Assembly (NCBI GenBank): GCA_903813345.2
Contig: CAIIXF020000001.1
Span: 41,478,001-41,542,000 of the forward strand
Direction: 5' to 3'
DNA length: 64,000 nt
From: Owenia fusiformis
Lineage: Eukaryota
Shown here: piece by piece, positions 1 through 13,700 of the stretch
Layout of the letters: each line of letters opens with the position of its first letter
Numbering within the stretch: the first letter of the stretch is position 1
The notes under the pieces: generated by a model
Seen by the model: only the letters and a program-made list of their open reading frames with translations
Databases searched by the model: none
Told to the model about the DNA's origin: nothing
Translations under genes and position numbers: made by a program

Positions 1-631
1 TACAGATAAAGAACAAATGCAAGCATGCCAAGTTGCTATTACAGCTAACTGGCTAACCTAGCTTAAACTTTGGTACCACAATTTGTAAATCGTAATGTTT
101 TAGGTAACATTCACAAAAAGGTTTTTTTCTTCCATGTAACTGGCTTGTTAAATCACACTCTGCATTGCACAGGGGTCTAAAAAATTTTATTGGCTCAAAA
201 CTTTTTTCAAGGCCCCAATAGGTGGGCTTTTTGGGCATTACTGGAACTTTTTGGTACTTATTTTTTAATTTTCAAGAAAATGGACCTTCAATTTTTAATT
301 TTTTGGTTTCAGGGGCCCAAATCTTTTTACGCGCAACTGCAGAAAGATTTGAAGTTTGGGCCTTCCTTGTTAGTTCCCATATCCACCCCTGTATACTGTT
401 AGGTAAAACTTTCATTTATGAGATGTCAATATATGATAAACACCGCTGGCATCTTGACCTGGTTAGAAGTTCAGTTTTGCAAAATATAGTCAACATTCTT
501 AAATGCATTGTTGATGTGATAATAGAATCCCACCCAAAACAAAATATATGCACTTTTACTGAGTATACTCTCAAAATTGGCATATGAAATGGTGAATCCA
601 GCTTGATGATTATGTAACATTTGTATTTCTG

Positions 632-1361
632 AAAAGGATTGGTATCGATATGGAGAACTGAATTCAACAATTTTTTTCTCTTAAACCAATCATTGAAAAC
701 ATTCTGTAAAAAACACGGTATTTTATGTAATGTTGACTGATTGACAACAATTTGATGCAAAAATTATTTAGAAATATTTTATACAACTGTTTTGTTAACA
801 TTTTTTGTTTTTTTTAGTGCAATTGTTTTTGCTCCTTTCTACCAATTCTTGAGAATGAAATAAAATGTCTTTCTGAACCTTGTTGGAACAAAATAGCATA
901 TACAACAATTTCTTAGACTTCTCAATATTATAGTTATACAAAGGAATTTTTGGTTGATTTTAAAAAAGTATTCAAAAAATTAAAACAAAATCCCCCCAAA
1001 ATAGATAAAAACCAAGATAAACCTTTTATTTCATTAACAAGATACTTTTTTAAAATCAACCAACATTTCCTTTGTACAATTACAATATTGAGAGACCTAA
1101 ACATGTTGTGTTTATGTCGTTTTGTTCCAATGAGGTTTGGAAAGATGTTTCATTTCACTCAAACATGATACCAAGAACAAAACAAGTGTTTGATGTGTTT
1201 TCTAAAACAATATAAATGAAAGTTTATTTCAAATTATATTGTTACCATTCAAAAGATGAACATTAAACTGACGATGTGTTATATTTTTAGATTTTTTTAT
1301 GACTGGTTTAAGAGAAACGTCGTGTGTTCAAAAAGTTCTCCATATCGATACCACTCCTTTG
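632..1361. mobile_element. MITE family A (~730 bp, non-coding), copy 1
   Basis: Terminal inverted repeats aaaggattggtatcgatatggagaact ... agttctccatatcgataccactccttt. A second, inverted and interrupted copy lies at 22015-32610. No clean TSD seen. Confidence 0.8.
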
Positions 1362-1767
1362 ACTAAAATCTACTGGATAAATTCTATCCATGATGGTAAA
1401 GTGTTTTTAAATTAAAAACAAGAGACATATCAAATGAGATTCTTAATGAAAAGTTTAGTAATGTAATTCTTTTGAACTTTTACTTATACATTACCTTTCA
1501 GTTACTTAACCATTCACTTAACTATAATAGCATCTATTGTATGTAAAGTTAACTTGACCTCTGACTTTAACCCATCACTCAAATTGTCTATATATGGATC
1601 CATTAAGTGGCTGCTACTGATTTGATGTCTGTTTTGTTACCTTATTTGTTCATTTATTTTATTAGACAATGGGATACTGTGACCTGTCAAGATATGTTCC
1701 TATACTGAAACTCCACAAAAGGGAAAAAATCCCAAATTTCACACATATTACTAAATATTCATTTCAG

Positions 1768-4700
1768 CTAATGTAGACTGGAATGCTCAGGCTCAGAATA
1801 CACTGAATGAAAAGCTAAGAAGACCACAAAACACAAATGTTGCAAAAAATATTATATTCTTCTTGGGTGATGGTATGGGTGTTTCTACGGTAACAGGAAT
1901 CAGAATCTATAAGGGACAGAAGGCTGGTAACCCTGGAGAGGAAACTATACTCAATATGGATAAATTACCCTATACTGGACTCGCAAAGGTAATGTGTAAA
2001 TATATAATGTATAAAAATGTACAAATATTGGCTGGCGGGATTGGTTGTGTGTCTTTTTGTTGAAATCCATTGTAGAAATATTGGTTGTATGCCTATTCGT
2101 TGACAGTCATTGTATAGATAGTGGTTGTGTGTCTATTTATTGACATTTATTATAAGTAGTATTTATATTGGTTTTGTGCAATGTGCTATATTGGTTGTGT
2201 GGCTATTTTTTTAACAGTCATTGTTCAAAAAATTCATTGTGTGCTCATTTGTTGACATTCATTGCAGACCTACAACACAGACAGACAAGTCCCAGACTCT
2301 GCTGCCACAGCCACAGCCTTCCTCAGTGGGGTAAAGACCAACTGGGGGACTATAGGGGTAGACCAGACACTCCCTAGGTTCCAGTGTGAAGGACTTGAAC
2401 AGGCAAAGGTTCCATCCATTTTTAAATGGTCCCAAGATGAAGGTAATGATCGCTTAATGTGTGGTGAAATAACGTTGTGTAACAATATAATCTTTGGTAT
2501 GTATTGTTTTCGATATCACAATGGGCTTACAGTCTGTGATATCTCTATCAGCATGAGTGCACTTTATATACGATATCTGTTGAATTAAAAAATTAACATC
2601 ACATTACTTACATATAGCAATAATATACAGGGTGAGCCAAAGAAATGTAACCTGAACAAATGTTAACAACTCTGTCTTCCATCATGGATTTGAACTCATA
2701 TTTGGCACAATTAGACATTGTTCAATGCCGTTCTTTCATTCCATCAAGTTGGTCATTGGTCTATCTCAATCAACCATGATTTTATGGCTATTTTGCAAAA
2801 CATCCTCAAAATGTCAGTTTCATCTCTGGAGGCTAATTTGAATGTATCATCTGACTAAATGCTCACAGATATCTTATGTTATGGCTCTAATCATCCTTCT
2901 TATCACCTGTTTCAACTCTTTGATGCTTCTCCAAGGGTGTAGCCAGGATTTACCAAGGGATTTACCAACTTTTCCACGGCCTGGGGGTTCGGTTTCTATA
3001 AACCCAACAATGAAATAACATAATATAGTATGCACACTCATCAAATAGCTAGTGAAGATGTGTGATTCATTGTTCTCGCAAAAATAGTCATCTTTCTGAG
3101 AGTTGGCTCATTCTAGGACTTTGGTTTTGTTGATCTTTCAGAAAATGGGCTTGTTAGCGACCAGGGGTATGTTTTATAAAGAAAGGGGGTTCAAGGTGAA
3201 TGGCCGGGGAGGGGGGAGGGTTGGCATGAGGCCCATGAACCCAATCTCACTATGTCCATGCCTCTAGAGTTGTAAATGTGGACAATATCTTTGAAATAGT
3301 TCCAAAGATGAAAGTTTGCAGGTTCATATCAGGTGATTTTTCCGCATTTGGAGCATGTTTTTTAAAATGGCCATAAAATCGTGACCCTTAGAAATAGACC
3401 AATGAAACTTAGTAGAATGAAAGAACATTGGACAAGTTTCACTTGTGCCAATATATGTTCAAATCCATGTTAGAAGACAGAGTAATTAACATTTGTTTGG
3501 GTTACATTTCTTTGGCTCACCCTGTACCTTTGTGACTTCATGCAATGTCCAAAAATAAAATCCATTGAACATTTAAAGCTTACAATAATCTTTCTGCATA
3601 ATATTATTTCATTGATTTATGTCAGGTAAAAACACTGGATTTGTGACATCCACTCGTATCACACATGCTACCCCATCAGTGGCCTACGCCCATGCAGGAG
3701 ATCGCTACTGGGAAAATGATAAACCAGAAACAGGATCCTGTCCTGACATTGCACGACAATTGATTGAGAATGAAGTTGGGAAAAACTTGAAGGTTTGATA
3801 TATCATGAAATAATTATTTTCCATTCCTGTAAACATTCAGCCAATCAATTTAGTGTGTGGTTTAGACTTATGCTATGTTTTATGTCTCTGATAGAAGTGA
3901 AAATTCTTGTTATTCTACATTACAAACTGTATTAATCTTCTTAAGAATTCAAAATACTCAGAGTAGTTGTAATTAATTCATCCCTTTTAGATGTTTTGTA
4001 TAAATGGGTAGCTACGATTATGCATGTCATTTGCAATTGACCACAGTTAATATAAACTTTGAAATAACAAAAATCTTGTCACAATTTGTTTAGGTTGCTT
4101 TGGGAGGGGGCCGATCGTACTTCACACCTAAGACACTTGTAGACCCTGAAGTAAATACAACATTTGGAAGAAGAAGTGATGGAAGGAACCTTATTGAGGT
4201 AAAATTATTTTGTGAAATTGACATAATTATTACAACCAATTGTATTATTAATTCTGAGGGTAAATAAATAAGCCATTTAACATATTGTCGCGCGCCAGAC
4301 TCCCGCCGAGTACCTGTACTCCCTCGGAGAAGGTCTGGTGGCGATGATAAGGGATTCGGAGGTGTTTCTCATGGGCGCCGAGCTTGTTTGGTGCTTCGGC
4401 TGTCACTGAGCTAGGAGATGGAGAACACAGGAATATATAAAACAATCAATTACAGGATTTTAACAATCTATTCAACACTATAATTACTATCACAATCAAT
4501 TTCAAAATGTCCTCAAATGCCTTTATGGCCAGTTATACAATAATGTCTCTATATATAAGCATGAGTCGAAAAACACTCTGGCTCTGAGTTCGTCTGTCTC
4601 TACTCTACTCTGCCATACTCTGCTTTCTGCTCTGCTTGTCTGCTCTGCTCTCTGATATACTCGGCTCTGCTCTCTGCTATGCTCTGCTCTCTGCAATACT

Positions 4701-7700
4701 CTGCTCTGGAACTTGGTTCTACTCTAGCTGCTTCAGGAATCGCCTGACCTCACGATTAATCTCTGCTCACTTCTTCTCAGGATATACCTCTGTCTTGAAC
4801 GAGATCCACACACTGGGAGTACCTTCAGCTCCGGGAATCGCCTCGTCTCAGGAGTAACCTCTACTCTTGAACGAGATCCACACACTGCTCGTACCTCAGC
4901 CCCGGGAATCGCCTCGTCTCTGGAGTAACCTCTACTCAAAGAGTGCTCTCACTCTATGAGCTATAATGTCTCTTAGAAGGGGTCCAGGCTCCGGGAGTAA
5001 CCTCTGCTCTCAGAGTCACCTCTTCTCAGGATATACCTCTCTACAACCTCTGCTCAATTCACTCTTGAGCTACACTGTCTCTTGGAAGGGGTCCAGGCTC
5101 CGGGAGTATCCTCTGCTCTTGGAGTCGTCACTTCTCAGGAGAAACCTCTGCTCTCCAACGAGATCCACACACTGGGAGTACCTCAGCTCCGGGAATCGCC
5201 TCGTCTCAGGAGTAACCTCTGCTCTTGAACGAGATCCACACACTGCTAGTACCTCAGCCCCGGGAATCGCCTCGTCTCAGGAGTAACCTCTACTCAAAAA
5301 GTGCTCTCACTCAATGAGCTACACTGTCTCCAAAGAGTAACCTCTGCTCTCGGTGTCACCGCTTCGCAGGAGCAACCTCACTACAACCTCTGTAGAGAAT
5401 AACAACTCTAGAATGTCGATCAAAGGATGAGATTAGACAGAGCTGTTATCTCTCGCCTTGGAGCACCTCAGTTCCGGTAATGTAACCTTGGCTCCGATGA
5501 GAGTAAACCTTCCTCAACATACAACCTTGGGTGAGAGTCAGATCGCCTCGACAAAGTAGGAGCATTTATAGCTTGGAGGGGTAATGACTAGGAGCCACCA
5601 ATACTCAGAGCAGAATGACTCACGAATATCGATCAAAGAAATGAGATTAGACAGAGCCAAATAAACTCAGAGAATCTGGAGCTCAAAACTTCTCAAAATG
5701 ACGTCACTTCCTTCAAAATCAAAGATGGCCGACCGCCGGGGATTGTGGGAACAAGAAAGCAAGATGGCGGACAGCTAATTACCCATTTTATGCCAACCTC
5801 AATCAAGAAAATGGCTAACTCACCAAAACACTGGCTGTTGTCTTGTATTTTCTTCAATAGTCGCACCAAATACAATCTGCATCTAACGATTACTGCAACT
5901 AATCCAATATATCCAAAATAATGCTCTAATAAGTCCACAGATTAAATAAAACACGCTTGCACATAAATAAATCCAAACTGACGAGGTCTTGTATCTTCAA
6001 GATCTTAGTTTACTCTGATTCACGTGGTTAATTGCAAACAATAAAATCCAGACACCTCAAGTTGCATCATGGGAAAACTACAACTTAAGTTGGAGGGAAA
6101 TTCAAATAAAAGAATCTGATTTGCTGATCACCGGTTGCTGGGTACTTAATTATTCTAATTTATTCCACTACAGTCTGCTGATCCTGTAAACATCCCAGTG
6201 CTTACGTGACATTCTGCATGTACACATTTGAGCCATTTAACTCTCTGAAAGAGTCGACTGACTCCAAATATAAAAGTACAAAATTAAACAAAAAATGAAA
6301 ATCACAATTTTGTCACACTCCCTCCTTCCAGGATGGATCGCCCTCGATCCAACAAGGAAGATATAACATACATGTTTCTAACTAACAATAGAGCTATAAA
6401 TCTCAAAACTTGAGACTTCAAAACATGAACAATACAACTCACGACTAATATAACACATTATCTCTAAAACAATCAACGATCATAGTCGAAAATGTCTCTT
6501 TATGATCACACAGCATTAATCACGAATGTCTGCTGGTGCAGACACAACACAACTGTAATCCTTCAAGTATGTAGGAACATGTCTTCTCCGTGTGGAACGA
6601 GGAGGTTTCTTCTCTCTGGATGACTGTTGGAGTTCACTCCTCTCGTGGTCGTCCATAGAGCTATCCTCACTCTTTCTGGGTAACTCTTCTCTGAAGCTTG
6701 ATTTAGACTCAACAACTTTCCCCTCGTTGGCTTTCTTCCTTCTCACTTTGGGTTTTACCTTCTTTGGGGAAGGAGAGCTCAAACTCTCAGAGTCCATCTT
6801 TCTCTTTCTCAGGCTCGGGGTTTCATCTTCTACTCTAGTCAAATCAGTCAAAGGCTGCTCTGGTAATGGAGCACACTCTGGTTCTTCATCAGCCGATATC
6901 CATCGGGACCAGGTAGCAGGTAACTTGCACTCAAATGGTTTCAGAAGATTCTGGTGAACCACTTTTGGCTTCCCTGTCTTCTTCTCCTTGATTCTGTAAA
7001 TCACGGGAGAGAGTCGACCCACTATCTGGTATGGCCCTATCCATCGTGGTTGTAACTTTGGGGACTTGCCAACTCTTCTCTGCTTATTCCGCAACCACAC
7101 AGGATCCCCAAGTTGGTATTCTCTCTGATCGGCAGATCTGTTATACCTGCTCTTCTGCCTTTCTGAAGCTAAGTCCAGTTGTGTTCTTGCCCGCTCATGT
7201 ACAACCTCCATCCTCTGTCTCAAGGATAAAGCATAGTCAGTCTCTAAGGGAGGGAGTACAGGGGTCTCAATCATCTGCTCCATAGGAGCACACATCTCTC
7301 TTCCAACCATCATCATGCTCGGAGTTTCTCCTGTGGCCTCATGCACAGAGGTTCTGTAAGCCATAAGGGCTATTGGAACTTGCAAATCCCAATCATCTTG
7401 CTCATAAGCTGGTGCGAGAAGCTTCACAATGTTGTCCACCAGGGTGCCATTATATCTCTCCACGAGTCCATTCGACTCAGGGTGAAAAGGAGTTGTACGG
7501 GTCTTTTCAACACCCATCAGCTTGCAGACTTCTCCAAATACAGTGGACTCAAAATTCCTGCCTTGATCTGAATGCAGCTGCTTAGGTATGCCCCATCTAC
7601 AGCAAACTTCATCCACCAGTTTGGAAGCAACTGTGGGAGCCTTCTGATCTGGCAATGGAAATACCTCTGGCCACTTGGTAAAGTGGTCAACACATACCAG

Positions 7701-10700
7701 CAACACAGTATTGCCTCTTGGTGTCATAGGGAAGGGCCCTAGTACATCAATACCCCATCTCTCCATGGGAGCCCCGACTCTCACTTGCTGCAAAGGAGCT
7801 TTTCTAGTAGGACGAGGATTCCTCCTAGAACTGCAAATCTGGCATGCCCTGCAATAAGATCGGACATCAGAAGACAACTCTACCCAGTAAAATCTCTCTC
7901 TGCATCTAGCCAATGTCCTCTTGACTCCATAGTGTCCTGCTGTCTTGGCAGAGTGACTCAGCTCCAAGATCCTTGGTTGGAGAACTGCAGGTGTCACTAC
8001 TTGATACTGCTGCTTGCTTCCATCTTCACTCTCCCAAAGACGGCATAACACTCCTTTCTCCATCCTCAAGCGGTCCCATTGATTCCAGAGACTCTTTGTC
8101 ACAGTCGATTTGGAACTGATCTGCTCCCAAGGAATCTGAGCTTTCCCAGACTCAAACACTTTCAGTAAAGGAGCTAGATTTACATCTTCTCTCTGTGCCT
8201 CAGCTATTCGCTCCAAGGTCCATTCGGGTTTCAAGGAAACTGCCAAAACAACATCATCCAGAGTATCATCTGCCTCTGTGGTAACACACTGTCCATTACA
8301 GTGACTGCACTGTTTACAGGGAACTCTGGACATCAAGTCTGCGTTCTGATGCTTCTCACCAGGGCGGTATTCCACCTCATACTGGAACTCTTGAAGACTC
8401 TGGATCCACCGAGCCAGCTGACCCTCGGGCTCCTTAAAGTTCACAAGCCATCTAAGTGAACTGTGATCAGTCCTCAAGCGGAAACGCACACCATAGAGGT
8501 ATTGTTTAAAATACTTGGTGTAATTCACTACCGCTAACAACTCTCTCCGCGTAACACAGTAATTCCTCTCCTGTCTGTTCAACCTCTTACTAGCATAATA
8601 GAGCACTTTTTCCTCCCCGTCTTGCTCTTGAGACAGGACAGCTCCAATAGCTTCTAGGCTGGCATCGGTGTCTAGGATGTATGTACAGCCGTTTTGTGGA
8701 TAACCCATGATAGGTGCAGTTACCAAACGCTGCTTGAGTTCATCCATCGCCTTCTGGCAATCATGGGTCCAAATGAAGACTGCATTCTTCTTCGTCAAGT
8801 CATGAAGTGGTCCAGCTATGTGGGCAAAATCTTTGATGTGACGGCGATAGTAGGATACCCCTCCCAGGAACTGACGTACCTGCTTCAATGTATTAGGAAT
8901 GGGGTACTGCAGGATTTGCTCTACCTTTGCAGGATTGGGAGTAACTCCATCTCTTGAGACAATATGTCCGAGGAACTCCACTTTTCTCCGGAACAAGGAG
9001 CACTTAGAGGGCTTCAACCTGAGTCCTGCTTCTCTGAATCTCCCAAATATCTCCTGCAGGCGCTCCACGGCAACTTCAAACTTGTCTGCATATGTAATGA
9101 CGTCATCTAAGTAGACTAAGGAGGTCCGGAGAGTGAGTCCATGTAGCACCTTCTCCATCAGTCTTGAAAATGTAGAGGGAGCTCCTGTCAACCCAAACGG
9201 CATCACAACCCATTGATACTGCCCTCCTCGCACGGAGAATGCAGTCTTCTCCCTATCAGCTGGGTCCACCTCCAGTTGCCAATAACCAGAACAGAGATCC
9301 AGACTGGAGAAATAATCACAGGCTCCCATCAAATCAAGTGTCTCTGCTATGTTTGGTATCGGAAAGGCATCCTTCTTGGTTACACTGTTCAATTTCCGAT
9401 AGTCGACACATAGGCGCCATGTCCCATCTTTCTTCTTAACAAGAACAATTGGGGAAGACCATGGGCTCTGGCTATCTTCAATCACGCCTCTCTTTAGAAG
9501 GTCTTGGATTTGGGAGTCAACTTCCTCCTGGCGTCCTGGGGCCAATCTCCTATAGGACTGCTTTATCGGCTGAGCATCTCCAGTTGGTATACTGTGACGT
9601 GCCCAGGTTGTTCTTCCCAAATCTCCATCAGTAGCAGCAAACACATCTTGGTAAGAGTAAAGAAGTCTCTTCACTGCTTCCTTTTGGTGTTCCTGCAATC
9701 CTTCAGTGCTTCTCTGCATCAAATCTTGTAAATATTCTGGGAGCTTTATCTCCTGATGAACATCTGGTGCTCGACTCTCAAGAGCTGCTCCTCTCATCCC
9801 ATCTTCTGTTTTCACATCCAGTATACATTGTTCATCTTCCATTACTCTACTGGGTAAAGGGTGGTCTAGAGACTCATCTCTCCACGTAACCTGGTTTACT
9901 CCTCTTGTCTGCTCTGGCATAGTATACACTCCATCTATGGAAGATGTAAAATGGCCTATCAGTCTTCCTTCTCCAACATATAAGGGTAGTGGTGAGTCAT
10001 TCCACACTTCGGCAGAACTCAGGCCATTCTCTGTATGAATTAATCCACTCACCAATTCCAAGTCTCGTGTAGTCCATTTAGGAGCTTGTTCCAGCACTCC
10101 ATCAATGTTAGAGTCTTCCGCTCCTTCTACTCTTAATGTCACCATTTGTTTAGAGAATGGGGGCACTTCTACCCCTTCTGCTACAGTGCAGACAAGATAA
10201 TCCTCTCTCCCACAAACAAGCACAGTTGGGTTACAGCTATCCTCCCTCTCGGTATCTGGAGTCGAGACTGCAGGCTCCTTGATAACTGTATCAGGTGCCA
10301 TGATAGAAACTCCAGCAGTTCCTCTGGAATCAAGGAGTTTCCCAAGTCCAGGCAAACACTCGCTTGGCTGGTCATCATCTTCTACATCAGACTCAGGGAC
10401 ACACGTTACCTCATCTTCATCAGAATCTGTCAGGAGCACCTTTTCCTCTTGTTCCCTTTGTTTCTCACTTGTTTCCGGGGAAGGAGTCTGTGAACTTTCT
10501 AGCTTCCTAATACTGGATGGGGATGTCTCTCTCAACAGAGAGCTACTGCAACTCTGGACTTCTCCTTGAGTATTCGCCTCTAATGAGTCCTCCGGATCTT
10601 GGAAGTTCATCTGCAGGGAACCATATTTGATGTTGGCTTTACTAGCCATAAGATAATCTGTCCCCAAAATCCCATCCTGGCCAATCTCTGCAATTGTGAT

Positions 10701-13700
10701 GTCAAGGGGAGTGATTCTTCCATCCAAATCTACTTCCAGGTTACATGATCCATATGATGCTAGTGGAGAGCCATCTGCTTGAAGCAACACATCTTTTGCT
10801 GATTTCAACTTTGGTCTATCTCTGTAGTAAATCCGATTGAAGCTATGCAAACTCATTAGAGAGACCACAGCTCCGGTATCTATCAAGAATTCCATAGTTA
10901 CTCCACAGATTTTCACCATGGCCACTACCTTTCCAACATTATCTGCTCTCTCAGGGTTTGTGACTTCTTGACCATTTCGATCAAGGAAATGAACGGGGTT
11001 GACTGTTGAGCTGCTATTGGCCTGAGAATGGTCATTACCCCGCTCTCTTCTTTTCTTGGGTCTCCGGCACTCAACTGCCATGTGTCCTGCCTCAGAGCAG
11101 TTAAAACAAATTATCAAGGGGCATCTCTTCACTGTATGCCCTTCTTCTCCACATTTCCTACAAATGAAGGGTTCTCTCTTCTCTTTGGAGGCCTTTACAG
11201 CTCCTGCAATCTCCTTCAGTCCCTCCTGCATCCCCTTCTGGATTCCTTGCTGGAACTCCTTCATCATCTTCAGGAGTTCGTCTCTTTGTGAGTCATCTGT
11301 TACGGCTGCAATGTGATGGTCCCGCTGTTTTGGCTTCAGGCCTTTCCGGATTCGCTCTGACTCCAAGTATGCCTCCTCCTTCTGAGCCTCTTCTATGGCC
11401 TGATCAAGAGACTTGGGGTCTCTTCGATGCACAGCTGCTCGGACCTCATCATCTGTTATGGCATTCTCATAACATTTCCTCGCCAACCTATCCTGAGAAG
11501 AGCGAGGCATCTCAGGATATGCAAGAGCAGCTAGTCTCCTTATGCTTTGACCGAGACTCTGTAAGGACTCCTTGGGCTTCCTCGTCCTGGTGTTTAGTTC
11601 AGCTTCATACATTGAAGCTTTTTCACCTGGTCCAAACCTTTTAGTGAGTGCTTCAAGCAGCTCATCATAGGAGTGGCCTTGCTCCAGCTCTTGCACTACC
11701 TGCTGGGCATCTCCTCTCAACTGGTTCGTCAACTGTTGCCGCTTCTCCTCGTCACTCCAGCCATTACAGTCGATGCAGTTCTGGAAGTACACCTTGTAAT
11801 CAAGCCATGGTGTCTTCCCATCAAATAACTGGGTTGGCTTTATCTTAGTCTTCTTCTCGGTATTAGATGAGCTCAGTGCTTTCACCAACTGCTCATTGTT
11901 TGATTTGCACATTTGCATGGCCTGCTCAGCAAGAAGCAGGGCTCTATTGGTCTCTTCAGCTGCAGAATCTCTTGACTTCTCAACTAGTTTACCATGCACT
12001 CCTTCAGTGGTATCCTGGTCAGGGATAGTAGGAGCTGGTCTTCTCTCTGGGGACACTCCCACTGGTTGAGTTTCAGGTCTCTCTGCAGGTATAAACATTC
12101 GATCCTGTCTCCTTAAACTCCAAGGTTTGGACACGGGGAACATCCCCACAGGGGCCTCAGGGAGTCTAGGAACAGGACAACTCTTAGAGCCTCTCGCTTC
12201 CATCTCTTGATCATCAACAGGCATGGGACAATAGGAGGGCTGCTGTTGATGCTCTGCCCACTTAGCAGTCTCTGGCACATTCGACCTCTCTGGAGTCTTA
12301 ATCTCTGGAAAGGAAATTCTACTCCTTGGTTCATCAGCATGTGTCCCTGGGATACGCTGCCATATTTCCCTCTCTGGCATCTCTAGTCTAGGGGGCCTTT
12401 CCTCTCTCCAGGACTGCAATGGTTCTGGTAGGCGAGGTGGACCTCTCCTGGTTGCAGGCATTAGCAGCTGCTCCTGCCATCTCGCTGCAGAGAGTTGAGG
12501 ATTCTCTTCATGAGTAATCAAACTCAACTTCCTTGTAGTCTCTCGTAGCTGTTTCTCAGCAACTCCCTCATTCATCATATCTGCCTCAATCTCTTTCTCC
12601 CTCAGGTCTGTGTGACTTCTTCTACGTGGAGTGGAACTTCGAGAGGAAGCAATTGAAGGTGCTAAATTCACCAGGGTTTCATGTATCTGGCCCATCTGTC
12701 GTGTCAAGTCCAACTTCATCTCTTCTTGGCCTTGAGTCAATTTTTCTTCTTGATGATGAAGCTGCTGTCTCGTCTGAAAAGTCTGGGATACCAATTCATC
12801 TTTGATACCCAGAACGTCCTGCTTTAAAGACTCCACATCTTGTTCCACTTTGATGAGTTCAAGCTTGCTCTTCTTTTGAGCATATTCACTTGATGTGGGC
12901 TTCCTGGATACTCCCCGATCACTTTTGATCTCTGTGGAAGTAACAGGCAAGGGCTGGTCCTGTCTGCCTAGTACTCCAGTAGTACGAAATTTGGAGGGAG
13001 TAAACTCACTCTGCATCCTGGACTGCATCCTTGACTCTGACCAATACCCAGTACTGTCTTGGGCCCCTCTCGGCCATGGTCTCTGTTCAGGAAGATGCAA
13101 ACATCTCTCTGCGCCACCCATGGCACCATACTTTTCTGGATCCAGAACCGAGTCCCTTGGCTCCAAAGGAAGAGTATCTTGGGTCTCCAGCTCCAGGTTT
13201 CTGGGGCCACCTTTAAAAACCACTGTGTCGTCTGGCTCCGGTGTCCTCCTGAGTGTCCTCCCCTTTGGGATACCCATTGGACTTCTCCCTGCCTCTGACA
13301 TCTCCATGCTTCTCTCCATCTCTAGGAACAGTGAAAAATCCCACCGCTGCCACCAATGTCGCGCGCCAGACTCCCGCCGAGTACCTGTACTCCCTCGGAG
13401 AAGGTCTGGTGGCGATGATAAGGGATTCGGAGGTGTTTCTCATGGGCGCCGAGCTTGTTTGGTGCTTCGGCTGTCACTGAGCTAGGAGATGGAGAACACA
13501 GGAATATATAAAACAATCAATTACAGGATTTTAACAATCTATTCAACACTATAATTACTATCACAATCAATTTCAAAATGTCCTCAAATGCCTTTATGGC
13601 CAGTTATACAATAATGTCTCTATATATAAGCATGAGTCGAAAAACACTCTGGCTCTGAGTTCGTCTGTCTCTACTCTACTCTGCCATACTCTGCTTTCTG

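Noticed and set aside
1..1767. Search for the ALP start/signal-peptide exon
   Set aside because: No convincing ATG-hydrophobic segment with a phase-1 donor was found; it probably lies upstream of the window.
4740..5395. Repeat-spacer pattern superficially like a CRISPR array
   Set aside because: The spacers are themselves repeated, the repeats are degenerate, there are no cas genes, and the context is a eukaryotic LTR.
4248..5938. Short ORFs in the LTRs (duplicated at 13322-15009)
   Set aside because: They overlap low-complexity repeats and have no recognisable domain or env-like features.
6592..13485. Many + strand ORFs opposite gag-pol
   Set aside because: These are expected antisense shadows of a long coding sequence, with no independent motifs.
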